Positions 54,573 through 63,629 of a stretch of DNA of 64,000 bases are shown here, one piece after another. The translations under genes and the position numbers were made by a program. The notes under the pieces are model-generated. The model ran no database searches, had not been told where the DNA came from, and saw nothing but the letters and a program-made list of their open reading frames with translations. The stretch comes from a virus, in the IMG/VR virus record IMGVR_UViG_3300025131_000014, positions 26,317 to 90,316 of that record; one strand, 5' to 3'. Each line of letters begins with the position of its first letter. Positions within the stretch are counted from its first letter, which is position 1.

Positions 54573-56624
54573 TTATTTTGCATACATTTTTTTCATATTA
54601 TCTAATAAGAAGTCTACTACTATATTTGTTGGTGCTTCTTGATCTATTTCTTTCTCAAAATCTTCTTCGACCATAAACATTAATTGCATAAATCCCATGA
54701 CCCTGTCAAAGTTTCCCTGTCTTGAATAGTTTATTAGCTCTTCTACAAGAGCAATTGATGGAATTAGATCCATATTATATATTATTTCATCATCTGAATT
54801 AACTCCTCTTTCTGTCCATAGCCAACGCAAGATATATTTTTCTCCTGCATCTTTCATTCTGTCATTCATATGACAGCCTTTCATTCTTGCTACAGTACTG
54901 TTCTTAATTACTTTAGAGATCACATTATCAGGTTGATCTGCTAGAAAATGTAGTTTGCCTCTTCTTTTGAAATAAGAAAGAACTTCACCTCGATCATTTT
55001 CAAACATAATCTTTGCATCTCCGTAGTATTGCGAAAGCATTTCAAGGTTCTTATGATATATCTCTATATTCTCGGGCCTTCCTACATATTCAGCTACAAT
55101 CTCATCATAACCAAAATCAAATTTATTAAAAGATTTATAAACAAAGGCAGCATTTAAAGACTTTCCTCCAGCCTTATCGAAAGCTACAGGGTCAAGTCCA
55201 ATCTTATAAAGACCATGAGGGATAGTAGAAGGAGGATGTTGGTAAACAATTACACATCCTTGTTGAGGGTCATTTGGTTTGTGCGGGTATTTTGTAATGG
55301 GGTGGAGTTTGTTCTCCATATCCATTTCGAATTTAACAGGATGATCTGTATTATCGCTTCTTACAAATGTTCCTGGGTCTCCTAATTTTTTATATTTATT
55401 ATCTGACTTAAGTCTATTAAGTACTCGATAAAGCTCAACTACTGGAAAGACTGCACCTTCAGGTCTAAGGAATGCTTCTTTCGGTGTTTTTGGATGCTGG
55501 GTTATGAAAAGATTATAAGCTACAGGCTCTACTGCTTTTTTTTCTTCTCTTTCCAGATCTACATCATTAGTTGCTTCTGCACGTAAATGATTCCCTGCTT
55601 TGTCTACAAAAGGAGGTCTATACCATTGTTCATCTACAAACCATCCACACTCTCCAACAGTATTCTCATCATATATATTTTCGTAAGCTCTTAGTCCGTA
55701 AAACGATGGGTTATAAAACATTTCTTCGAAGTCAAAGTTAGTGCCGTTCTTTGAGTTACCGCCTGTACCATAAATGATCGGTATACCTACCATTATATTA
55801 CCATCTTTGAAAAGCGGATAGGATCTTTGATATGCTTGAAGTAATCCAGGCCAGTCTCCTGCTTCTTCAAAAAGCATGCGTTCTGCAGTTCGTCCTACTG
55901 ATTTTTGCGGGCTGTCTTTAAAAGAAAGTGCTAAGATCTCAGATTTATAACCTTTTTGTACTTGGATCCCATCTCTATTCTTTTCTATATATCCGCTCTT
56001 TATGGTTTCCTGCCTGTCGGTCAAGAAGCCTTTAGCCCAATCTGTATTATCATTAATGAAGTTGATCATTGATTTGGCCATCTCCATTGTATTAGACCAG
56101 AATGTCTTTTCAAATGCAGCTAGTATTGATATAGAATACGGAAACCAATTGTAACGCCAAACCATGCCAAAGGCATTTTTATAGGAATAACCTTTACGCC
56201 GTGCTTTAACGACTATCATTCCTTCACCAGCTTTCTCTGCTTTATCCAGTTCATGATACCAGTAGTAATCCATATCCAAGAATCTTGGAAATGTTTCTAT
56301 TTTTCGTTGTCGTTTTCCTTGTCCGACTGTAGCCAAAATCCTACCATAATTAAGATAAGCGTAATGCTCACCCGTAACAGTAACTCCTCCCACTGTATAT
56401 CCATTCTTACATCTCTTTTCTTCTCGATCCCAAAACTCTATAAACTCTGTTGTACCTGGAGGAGCTAGAGTATAACATTTATGCTTAAGATAATGTTGAG
56501 CAGAAAGAGAAAAGTAGCTAGTATTGACAAACTTAAGATAATCAGTACCTGTATGACGTATTGGATTATCCTGTTCTTCAATATTAGTATGTTTAGTTGC
56601 TACTATTATCTTTTCATTTTTCAC
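54573..56624 (-). CDS. terL: Terminase large subunit (683 aa)
   Basis: Walker A-like VKARRKGYSY, Walker B MLFEEAG, YGTGG coupling motif, nuclease IGLDP and NFDRV. Confidence 0.95.
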   Translation of the reverse strand: MKNEKIIVATKHTNIEEQDNPIRHTGTDYLKFVNTSYFSLSAQHYLKHKCYTLAPPGTTEFIEFWDREEKRCKNGYTVGGVTVTGEHYAYLNYGRILATVGQGKRQRKIETFPRFLDMDYYWYHELDKAEKAGEGMIVVKARRKGYSYKNAFGMVWRYNWFPYSISILAAFEKTFWSNTMEMAKSMINFINDNTDWAKGFLTDRQETIKSGYIEKNRDGIQVQKGYKSEILALSFKDSPQKSVGRTAERMLFEEAGDWPGLLQAYQRSYPLFKDGNIMVGIPIIYGTGGNSKNGTNFDFEEMFYNPSFYGLRAYENIYDENTVGECGWFVDEQWYRPPFVDKAGNHLRAEATNDVDLEREEKKAVEPVAYNLFITQHPKTPKEAFLRPEGAVFPVVELYRVLNRLKSDNKYKKLGDPGTFVRSDNTDHPVKFEMDMENKLHPITKYPHKPNDPQQGCVIVYQHPPSTIPHGLYKIGLDPVAFDKAGGKSLNAAFVYKSFNKFDFGYDEIVAEYVGRPENIEIYHKNLEMLSQYYGDAKIMFENDRGEVLSYFKRRGKLHFLADQPDNVISKVIKNSTVARMKGCHMNDRMKDAGEKYILRWLWTERGVNSDDEIIYNMDLIPSIALVEELINYSRQGNFDRVMGFMQLMFMVEEDFEKEIDQEAPTNIVVDFLLDNMKKMYAK

Positions 56625-57347
56625 TTAACTTTTTTTACTTAAGTAGTATATTGCATCCATATGTGCATCTGCTATTCTATCTCTTATATCTTCATTCAAA
56701 AGCATTGCTGCTTCTGTACTATTTGTCATGAAAAAATTCTCAGTTAACACGGCAGGCATAGCTGTTTTCTTTAAAACATAAAAATCTGCTTCCTTATCAG
56801 GATCTTTATCTGTATGATCCTTACGCATTTTTTCTTCTGGAAATTCAGCTGCCATCATTCTATAAAATATAGTAGCTATTTGGTCTGATCGTGTTTCTCC
56901 TTTTGAAGTATAACAAGACCATCCATGAGCTTGATTCCAATTATTACCAAAAGCATTTGCGTGAACACTTAGATAAACTGCCCTTTTATCAACTTTATAA
57001 AAATCATTAGCACGTTTTACTCTTTCCTTTAAAGAAATATCTTCTTCTTCAGGAACAAGTACTATTGAGTCTATACCTGCTGCATTGCATGCACTATCAA
57101 TTCTTTGTACAACGGCCCTGTTAAATTCGCCTTCATACAGGACAGTGCCATCTTTAAATTTTGGAGATCTTTTTCCTGCAGTTTGATATTCTCCGTCAAT
57201 CATGCCGCCATGCCCAGGATCTAATAACCAAAGATATTTTGATTCATTTTTAGATTTATCTTCTATTTTAAGATCCATATCCATAACTATATATTTTCTT
57301 ATAAAAGTTCTGTAATGCCATATAAGTCTATTTATAATTGTTAGCAT
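56625..57347 (-). CDS. N-acetylmuramoyl-L-alanine amidase (Amidase_3), endolysin
   Basis: LLDPGHGG, LYE, LSVHAN, PAVLTENFFMTN zinc-amidase motifs. The true start may be a downstream Met. Confidence 0.92.
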   Translation of the reverse strand: MLTIINRLIWHYRTFIRKYIVMDMDLKIEDKSKNESKYLWLLDPGHGGMIDGEYQTAGKRSPKFKDGTVLYEGEFNRAVVQRIDSACNAAGIDSIVLVPEEEDISLKERVKRANDFYKVDKRAVYLSVHANAFGNNWNQAHGWSCYTSKGETRSDQIATIFYRMMAAEFPEEKMRKDHTDKDPDKEADFYVLKKTAMPAVLTENFFMTNSTEAAMLLNEDIRDRIADAHMDAIYYLSKKS

Positions 57348-57358
57348 TTTGTTTTCTT

Positions 57359-57907
57359 CTACTCTGGGTCTTCTCTATTTCCTTTAAGTCTTCGGCCTCT
57401 GAGTGTTGCAGATTGTGCAACTTCTTTCTCAACCTGTTCTTTAACTTTATTCAGTGATTCTATAATTGGTCCTATAGATTTAAGTGCAGATGTTACATCT
57501 GACGGTTTATATATAGGCTTGTCATGTTTATCACGATCATGCAAGTTAATAGTTTCTAAGTAATTTGTCAAGTTACTTATTGTTTTTAATGAAGCTTTAA
57601 GTAGCCTCATAGACGGCGTTTGTTGCAGTTCTATATATTTAGCTATAGCCGCTGCTATTTCTTTATCGGGTTTGTAGTTAGGATCTTTCATAAAATCCTT
57701 AGCTACAATATTCTGTGTCAGATTAGGATCAGCACTTTGTATATAAGGTGACTTATAATCTGTAGTAAAGTATACGTAACTTAATTCCCGTATAGCTTTT
57801 TCTTTATCTTTTTTCTTGTCTCGGTCCCAGATAGCTTTGAATTCTGGAACTAGCAGTGCTTTCGTATGAACAATTACTCTTCTTTTTTGTAAGTCAAACA
57901 GATCCAT
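57359..57907 (-). CDS. Putative terminase small subunit (182 aa)
   Basis: Helical protein two genes upstream of TerL, with a C-terminal coiled coil and an RG-containing tail; assignment by position. Confidence 0.5.
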   Translation of the reverse strand: MDLFDLQKRRVIVHTKALLVPEFKAIWDRDKKKDKEKAIRELSYVYFTTDYKSPYIQSADPNLTQNIVAKDFMKDPNYKPDKEIAAAIAKYIELQQTPSMRLLKASLKTISNLTNYLETINLHDRDKHDKPIYKPSDVTSALKSIGPIIESLNKVKEQVEKEVAQSATLRGRRLKGNREDPE

Positions 57908-58298
57908 TTTCTTCTGTTTTTCCCCATTTACCTAATGGACATTCTTTATCCTTTACATATAATGCTGCAGGAAATGCACATCCACACTTTCCACATTTAT
58001 ATCCTGCTAAATCATAATCATCATTTCTGCCTACTTCTCTTTTGACTTGATTAAGCTCTATTTGTCCATTTCTCATTACTTTACTTGTAATGAACTTCCA
58101 AAATTGAGAAGATTTTAATTCAGGACATTTAGTACATATCTTTGCACGGTAATCTGCTATTGCTTGTATTTCAGGATTTTTATTTCCTTTAGCATAAATA
58201 GACCATCCTTCAATTATTTGAGCAGCAGTTTCTCCTGCTTTTTGAACACTAGCTACTACTTTCTTCGCTTTGCTCTTTTTTCCACAACCGCATCCCAT
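57894..58298 (-). CDS. Zinc-finger protein (134 aa)
   Basis: MGCGCG, R..ICTKC, CGKCGC, CPLGKW motifs. Confidence 0.7.
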   Translation of the reverse strand: MGCGCGKKSKAKKVVASVQKAGETAAQIIEGWSIYAKGNKNPEIQAIADYRAKICTKCPELKSSQFWKFITSKVMRNGQIELNQVKREVGRNDDYDLAGYKCGKCGCAFPAALYVKDKECPLGKWGKTEENGSV

Positions 58299-58304
58299 AA
58301 TGGT

Positions 58305-58454
58305 CTATCCATTTAAAGCAGGTCCTTTCAAACTACTTTTCTTAGGAGCTTTTCCTTTCTTTGATTTAGGAGCACTTGTACGTACAGTACTTCCTCCTTT
58401 AGGAAATCCTTGAGATCTATTCTTAATATATTTTAAAAATCTTACAAATGGCAT
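58305..58454 (-). CDS. Small basic protein, 49 aa (below ORF-track cutoff)
   Basis: MPFVRFLKYIKNRSQGFPKGGSTVRTSAPKSKKGKAPKKVVLKGPALNG; fills the gap and has an A-rich leader. Confidence 0.55.
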   Translation of the reverse strand: MPFVRFLKYIKNRSQGFPKGGSTVRTSAPKSKKGKAPKKSSLKGPALNG

Positions 58455-58469
58455 AATAATTAGTTTTAG

Positions 58470-58613
58470 TTAATAATCATTTTCTTCTTCTTTTGGAGGA
58501 GGCACAAAATCTTCTGACATTTGTATCCCATTCCAGTATACGCATCCTTGCCTATTACACGAAATTAAGTAGACGCATAATAATACCATGCAAAAGATAC
58601 AATATTTTTTCAT
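58470..58613 (-). CDS. Small putative lipoprotein, 47 aa (below cutoff)
   Basis: MKKYCIFCMVLLCVYLISC|NRQG...; lipobox-like LISC; ATGA overlap with the upstream ORF. Confidence 0.45.
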   Translation of the reverse strand: MKKYCIFCMVLLCVYLISCNRQGCVYWNGIQMSEDFVPPPKEEENDY

Positions 58614-58777
58614 ACAAATCTTTTAACTCTCTCATATTTCTTCATTATTTCTGCTTCCAGATGCTTTCTATTTATCTTTTCACATTCCTTTATATACTCT
58701 GGATTCCACTTTTTCTTAATTGGATCTCCAGGAGTATGAAACTTTTGTGCTAACTGTTTTATTTCTTCTGCTGTCAT
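58610..58777 (-). CDS. Small hypothetical protein, 55 aa (below cutoff)
   Basis: MTAEEIKQLAQKFHTPGDPIKKKWNPEY...; its stop overlaps the next start. Confidence 0.5.
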   Translation of the reverse strand: MTAEEIKQLAQKFHTPGDPIKKKWNPEYIKECEKINRKHLEAEIMKKYERVKRFV

Positions 58778-58960
58778 AATAATCTTATTGTACCTATGCT
58801 TGTTTCTACTGTTACTGTTTTTACTTCTTCCTCTTTACCCACTTATCTCTTATTTTTATCTGCATCTCGCATATTGCAATATTGATCTTGACATTCTGTC
58901 TATCGCTTTGAGTCATACATGGTGCTTTCTGTAATTTTTTAATTAATTTTTCCAAGTACA

Positions 58961-59215
58961 CTATTTCCCTTTTTTCAATTGAGGGTATTTTCTATGTACA
59001 CAAGCTTTTAGTTTTCCTGGGTTAGGTGCATTATGTGCCAACTTCAACGCAGACTTTGCTCTTTTCAATGTGTTTGTAGGAAAAGTACCAGCTGGTGCTC
59101 CTCCCGCTGGCCCGCAAAAAGATTTAACTCCTTTATATTTACCTGCATTAGAACCTCCTGGTTTCTTACGAGCTGTTTTTGTCTTTGCACTTACTTTTGA
59201 TTTCTTTTTAGCCAT
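58961..59215 (-). CDS. Small highly basic protein (84 aa)
   Basis: Lys/Ala-rich; FCGPAGGAPAGTFP...RAKSALKLAHNAPNP core. Confidence 0.7.
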   Translation of the reverse strand: MAKKKSKVSAKTKTARKKPGGSNAGKYKGVKSFCGPAGGAPAGTFPTNTLKRAKSALKLAHNAPNPGKLKACVHRKYPQLKKGK

Positions 59216-59510
59216 TACCTTTAGATTTAAATCCTATTATAATTTTTTCATTTACTATTCTCTGCTTTAGTTTCTTCAGTTTGTAGTAATCATCTTTAAC
59301 CACTAATGTTATAGGCCTTGTCTTATGATGTATTCTACATTGACCTTTCTTTATCCTTCCTTTATCATCAAAATGTTGTTCTATTTCTATAGTAGACAGA
59401 TCATCACATAGCCACCTTGTAATTATATTCTTTTTTACAAGCTGTTCCTTACCTTCTTTGTCCTCATCGTATAGGTTTGTTACCACCTTGAATTCGTGTG
59501 AAGTGTTCAT
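59208..59510 (-). CDS. Hypothetical protein (100 aa)
   Basis: ORF overlapping both neighbours in the operon. Confidence 0.6.
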   Translation of the reverse strand: MNTSHEFKVVTNLYDEDKEGKEQLVKKNIITRWLCDDLSTIEIEQHFDDKGRIKKGQCRIHHKTRPITLVVKDDYYKLKKLKQRIVNEKIIIGFKSKGNG

Positions 59511-59832
59511 TCTTTTTTTTATATTCTAATTTCTCATTAACTTTCCTATTCCGTATCTCCCACAGTCTTGCCAGCTCTTCTTTAGCTGATTCGCTGTACA
59601 AGTTAGGATTTTTTCTGAAACTTTTTATAAGATTCCTTATTAAAGCAGTCAGTCTCTCTAGCTTTACTTCAAAGGTTCCAAGGCCATGAACCTTAATGGA
59701 ATTAAGATCATTATCTTCCATTCTTCTTTTAATAAATCCAAACTGATGCCTTATTGCACTTTCTACTTTTAGATAACTTATCCCTTTCTCCTTTGCAAGC
59801 TCTCTGGCAATATCCTCTATCTTCTTACTCAT
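59464..59832 (-). CDS. HU/IHF-like DNA-binding protein (122 aa)
   Basis: IARELAKEKGISYLKVESAI...F...SIKVHGLGTFEVK matches the HU/IHF N-terminal pattern. Confidence 0.7.
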   Translation of the reverse strand: MSKKIEDIARELAKEKGISYLKVESAIRHQFGFIKRRMEDNDLNSIKVHGLGTFEVKLERLTALIRNLIKSFRKNPNLYSESAKEELARLWEIRNRKVNEKLEYKKKNEHFTRIQGGNKPIR

Positions 59833-60193
59833 CCTCTAATTCGAATTTGAAAACAAGTTCAATATCCTTAGTATCTTTAGGGACTTCTATCCTCTTATTT
59901 ATTATCAGCTTACCTGTGTCCTCATCCTTTAAGAGTACACCTTTCTGTTTCATATACTTTATATAATTATCCAAGTTTGAGTAAGACTTAAACTTAAACT
60001 TATCCCGTATATACTTCCTACATTGTGTCCCGAATCTATCTTCTTCTATGAGATCTCCTTCTAGTTCCATGAAGGCCGATAGTATCTCTATTTCTTTTGA
60101 TGTCAGAGGTTCAGGAAGTATCACATTTATCAATTGAAGATATTTGCTATAGAACTTGTTCCTGGCTACTCTTTCTTTCTTTTCTCTCTTCAT
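59825..60193 (-). CDS. Winged-helix-like DNA-binding protein (122 aa)
   Basis: LTSKEIEIL...NLDNYIKYMKQKGVL pattern; first gene of the minus-strand block. Confidence 0.55.
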   Translation of the reverse strand: MKREKKERVARNKFYSKYLQLINVILPEPLTSKEIEILSAFMELEGDLIEEDRFGTQCRKYIRDKFKFKSYSNLDNYIKYMKQKGVLLKDEDTGKLIINKRIEVPKDTKDIELVFKFELEDE

Positions 60194-60646
60194 TATATTA
60201 ATGATAGGTTTCTGTAAACTTACTCACTTTAGAGCATAATACAAAATATTATAGAAACTTAATTATAGTTACATTCGTAGATAGATCACCTTATCCCCCC
60301 CGCATGTGATTTTGAATTCCCATTTAAAACTTCAGTAACTGAAGAACTCCATAAGTTTTTAATTAAGTAATATAATAGATGACCAGGCGTAGCAGCCCTA
60401 CTTCATTTAACCATCTTATTTTCATGGTAGGGTGTCCTAATCTCTCTCTTTAATCAGTATCGCAATATAAAAATAAATATTTTAAAAAAAAAATAATGTG
60501 AAAATATTCGAGTTCTTGAGGGTCTCTATTGGAATCATCCCCAATGGTAAGAGAGCGGTCTAATCCCCGCGAGTCTGTACCATGAACCTAGGTTCGTGTA
60601 ATACAGGCGAGGCACTGCGCCAAGCAGATACTTAAATCCGAACGTT

Positions 60647-61099
60647 ATGAAAGATTTAATTCAGTTGGTTGCTATTCGCTTGTCGAATAATCCAACAAAA
60701 GCAGTCATTGATGCAGTAGACGGCATTGATGGCAAGCTGAATGAAACTTCCGACGGTCGTGGGTACTATCTTGCTGTCTTCAAAGATGCCAACAACCCTT
60801 TTGCTGAAATGCGTACACGCATGATTTCACAGCAATTGGACTCTGATGGCAATCCTTCGTGGAAAGCTGGAACACCTAGCATGATTGCAAAGTTCGTAGG
60901 GCGTACAATGCCTGGTTCTATTGTGACAGCTACGGTTGAACCCTATATGATTGGCAATAACGAACAGACCGTTTATACGACTGTTGTACTTGGTTCCGAA
61001 ACCACTGCACAGGCGTTCAAGCGTGCTGGCCACGTTCTTGCTGTCGATAGGACTGAAGTGCCCTTCACCGAAGAGGAGTTGCAGGATGCGAAAGAATAG
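60647..61099 (+). CDS. Hypothetical protein, first gene after the strand switch (150 aa)
   Basis: Clean ORF, visibly more GC-rich than the late genes, followed by a strong terminator; acidic C-terminus. Confidence 0.8.
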   Translation: MKDLIQLVAIRLSNNPTKAVIDAVDGIDGKLNETSDGRGYYLAVFKDANNPFAEMRTRMISQQLDSDGNPSWKAGTPSMIAKFVGRTMPGSIVTATVEPYMIGNNEQTVYTTVVLGSETTAQAFKRAGHVLAVDRTEVPFTEEELQDAKE

Positions 61100-61120
61100 G
61101 CGAAAGCCTGTTCTTTTTTT
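61091..61120 (+). terminator. Intrinsic terminator
   Basis: AGAATAGGC-GAAA-GCCTGTTCT followed by a T run, overlapping the stop codon. Confidence 0.85.
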
Positions 61121-61249
61121 CAAATAAGACGAAAATCATTGTGATTTCCCATCAAGAGCACGTCCTAGTGTTCAATCACATCATTTTAATAAGATTTAAG
61201 TATTATGTTATTATAACACATAGTTATATTATAGCATAACAAGACATTG

Positions 61250-62200
61250 TTCTTCCTTAACAGAGGACGAACGAAGAGTGCCGTGTATGCATAGTTATGG
61301 CTAACATTTAGTTAGTCAACAAAGCTATGATACATTTGAGTGCACAGTTATTGTGGTCTTTGACTTAACCGAAAGGTATGCAAGTAACCAAACTTGTAGT
61401 TTGTCAAAGTAAAGCAATGATATCTGTAATCCTATGTAAGTATCAGCGTGGTAATAAGCGCATGGTCTGCAGTCATGTTGGTGTGACGCATAGGTAAACA
61501 AAATATGATGTGTGTTGTTAGAGCCGACAAAAGTGCGTAAGTCTTTAGTTCCTCGCCAACAAGCCATTGACTGCTCCATAGGGAGGATAGGCGCGAGGAC
61601 ACACGACATCAATTTATGTATTGTCATGCTTTCATTAACCGCATGAATATCCAGTAAGTTACTGGCGATGACAACTATCAGTAAAGTTGTGTTTTTCTTT
61701 AAGGTTTGCAAACCTTGACAAGCTTGTGGGGCTACAAGATACTTCTAATTAATCCTGTTCCACGTCCAAAATCGCACCATGGTGTAAGTAGGACTATTAG
61801 GGATTAATATGTGCAGAAATGGCGGGAGCTATAAAAGTATTTAATTATAAGTTTACTTCGGTAAATGAGTAATTATCACAATGTTTTAATATATGACTTA
61901 GCGGTTATATTGAAGAGATATTGTGCTGTTAGTGCGGATGTAAAAATCAAGCAATTATAAATCTAGGACGGTAAACTAGATGGAAGTTATTCTTGCAAAT
62001 AACTTGGTGATGGTAAAGTATATCACCGAAGCGACCTATCTATAGCCTCCGAAAAGAGAGGTTTTCAACTATAGATACTATTCCTGTACTGTTGAAAAGT
62101 ACATACAACTATTCAGGTTGGGTAATGCACGGCTAGGTTAATTCGTGGAATACGTTGAGGAGATCTATATGTCATAAGGGTCTCGCTTTGCATTATTTTA
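61250..62200 (+). ncRNA. Candidate large, highly structured ncRNA (about 950 nt)
   Basis: Continuous nested stems and multi-way junctions, C(UUCG)G and GNRA loops, G-U pairs on the + strand; no credible ORF. Confidence 0.6.
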
Positions 62201-62425
62201 AACTATAAAACTTTAACAAACCCATGTCAGGGCATAGACATGGTAACATCATCAACATTACCAGAGTGTTTTTTCTTTTTCCATACCTGACGGTTGTAGT
62301 AAAATGAAAAAAAGATATATGTTTTCGGTTTTAACTCTGTAGAAGGAATCTCTAGGTGTAGTCTTCGGACTATATCTTTAGGTTTTTTAGTTTTCCTAAC
62401 GTTAACCATTTAAATTGTTTCAATT

Positions 62426-62662
62426 ATGCTATTTGAAGATAAAGTATATGAATCAATAACAACTTATTTAGCCCAATATGGATGGACACAAAGTAGCATG
62501 GGATCCTATTTTAAAAAGGCACCTGATGGAATGAGAAAAAAGATAAATATATCTGTTACTGCTAATAAATTAGGTGTATGGCTAGATGAAAAACATGGCG
62601 GATACTTCTCCTTATTTGATATGGAAGAGAATAAGTTATTGATTTATTTCATTAAACATTAA
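62426..62662 (+). CDS. Hypothetical protein (78 aa)
   Basis: ATG with AT-rich leader, protein-like composition, followed by a terminator-like hairpin. Confidence 0.6.
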   Translation: MLFEDKVYESITTYLAQYGWTQSSMGSYFKKAPDGMRKKINISVTANKLGVWLDEKHGGYFSLFDMEENKLLIYFIKH

Positions 62663-62663
62663 T

Positions 62664-62702
62664 ATAATTACTGCCAAACAAGAGTTTGGTAGTAGTTATT
62701 TT
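62664..62702 (+). terminator. Intrinsic terminator-like hairpin
   Basis: ATAATTACTGCCAAAC-AAGA-GTTTGGTAGTAGTTAT followed by TTT. Confidence 0.65.
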
Positions 62703-63050
62703 ACTAACTTTGTTAGTCGTGGTTTGAGCCACGTTAAATAGTGCTTTAAGCTCAAAGCGTTACATAATTGTAGGGGCAATCGTCAGGAGTTGGCAGCGTA
62801 GACACTAATGTAGTGAATGCTGTAGGTATCCGAAATGTTTAACAAACATCCTTTGATTTGATGAAGTATAGTAATCAAAACATAAAATAGGACACATATT
62901 TAATGATGCGTAAGCATACATTAGAATAAGGAACTGATAGCAAACATTTATTGACCTAAATGGGTATCGCATGGTGATGTATGCGCAGGAGTATTATACT
63001 CTGTTAGATTAAGTAAGTCATCATAAATGATAACAGAATCGTTCCTTAAA
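62703..63050 (+). ncRNA. Candidate structured ncRNA (about 350 nt)
   Basis: Serial hairpins and a closed multi-branch domain (aaggaac 62928-62934 / gttcctt 63041-63047). Confidence 0.4.
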
Positions 63051-63322
63051 AAAATAACAAGGTTGTTTGATAAAACTATTGTTGAATCACCACTGCCGAG
63101 AAAGATAGTAGGCACCAATTAGTAATATGTTATGTATTACCATATTCATTAGAGTCAGCTGCAACTGTTAATGAATTAATGATAGCACGAAATGCAAAAA
63201 TGGCGTTATCAGATTGGTTAAAAAGTGACGAGATGTACCAGGCTTCTAGAAAGCGGACAATAGGATGAGTCTTAATTATATATGAGAGGATAGTCTCAAA
63301 TGTAATTCCTTGTTTTTAAAAT

Positions 63323-63568
63323 AGAGCCAAGCAAGACTGGAACAACACTGTTGTTGACTATTAATATGTCATCACAGTGCCAGGTGCTCTTTAAACTAAG
63401 GAGGTTTAACTACTCACAACTGCAGTTGTAGAAGTAGAGTTGTAAGAGTAATTACTTATAGCTGTATCTCCAGATATAACGAGAGCCAAGCAAGACGTGC
63501 AATTTAAGGAACAGATGATGTAGTGGTTTTTTCCACGATTATTTATGACGTTCTGGCACGGTGCTCTT
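63323..63568 (+). repeat. Two copies of a structured motif AGAGC-CAAGCAAGA-stem...stem-GT-GCTCT
   Basis: Exact 15-mer AGAGCCAAGCAAGAC at 63323 and 63482, each closed by GGTGCTCT; the inner stems differ in sequence but both pair. Confidence 0.8.
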
Positions 63569-63629
63569 AAGACAAAAGACCTATAACCAATAGGCATCGT
63601 GTTATATATTATAGCACAATCATTAAATT

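Noticed and set aside
42386-56624. Introns or inteins in TerL, portal or MCP
   Set aside because: The ORFs are continuous and of ordinary length, with no intein or homing-endonuclease motifs noticed.
19877-59966. Plus-strand and nested ORFs overlapping the structural genes (e.g. 20518-21141, 43278-43721, 39325-39739)
   Set aside because: They are antisense or alternate-frame shadows of well-supported genes.
1-60193. Stop-codon reassignment (TAG or TGA), known in some crAss-like phages
   Set aside because: All large genes are intact under the standard code, and both TAG and TGA end genes at sensible positions.
63086-63268. Open frame of about 60 codons on the + strand
   Set aside because: No start codon until the last 30 codons and it overlaps hairpins; not supportable as a gene.
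63323-63568. CRISPR mini-array
   Set aside because: Only two copies, the identical part is 15 nt, the intervening sequences are self-paired arms rather than spacers, and no cas genes are present.
60827-63597. Minus-strand ORFs 60827-61123, 61325-61711, 62227-62409 and 63406-63597
   Set aside because: They are antisense to a real gene or to the structured blocks, or have atypical composition and no supporting context.
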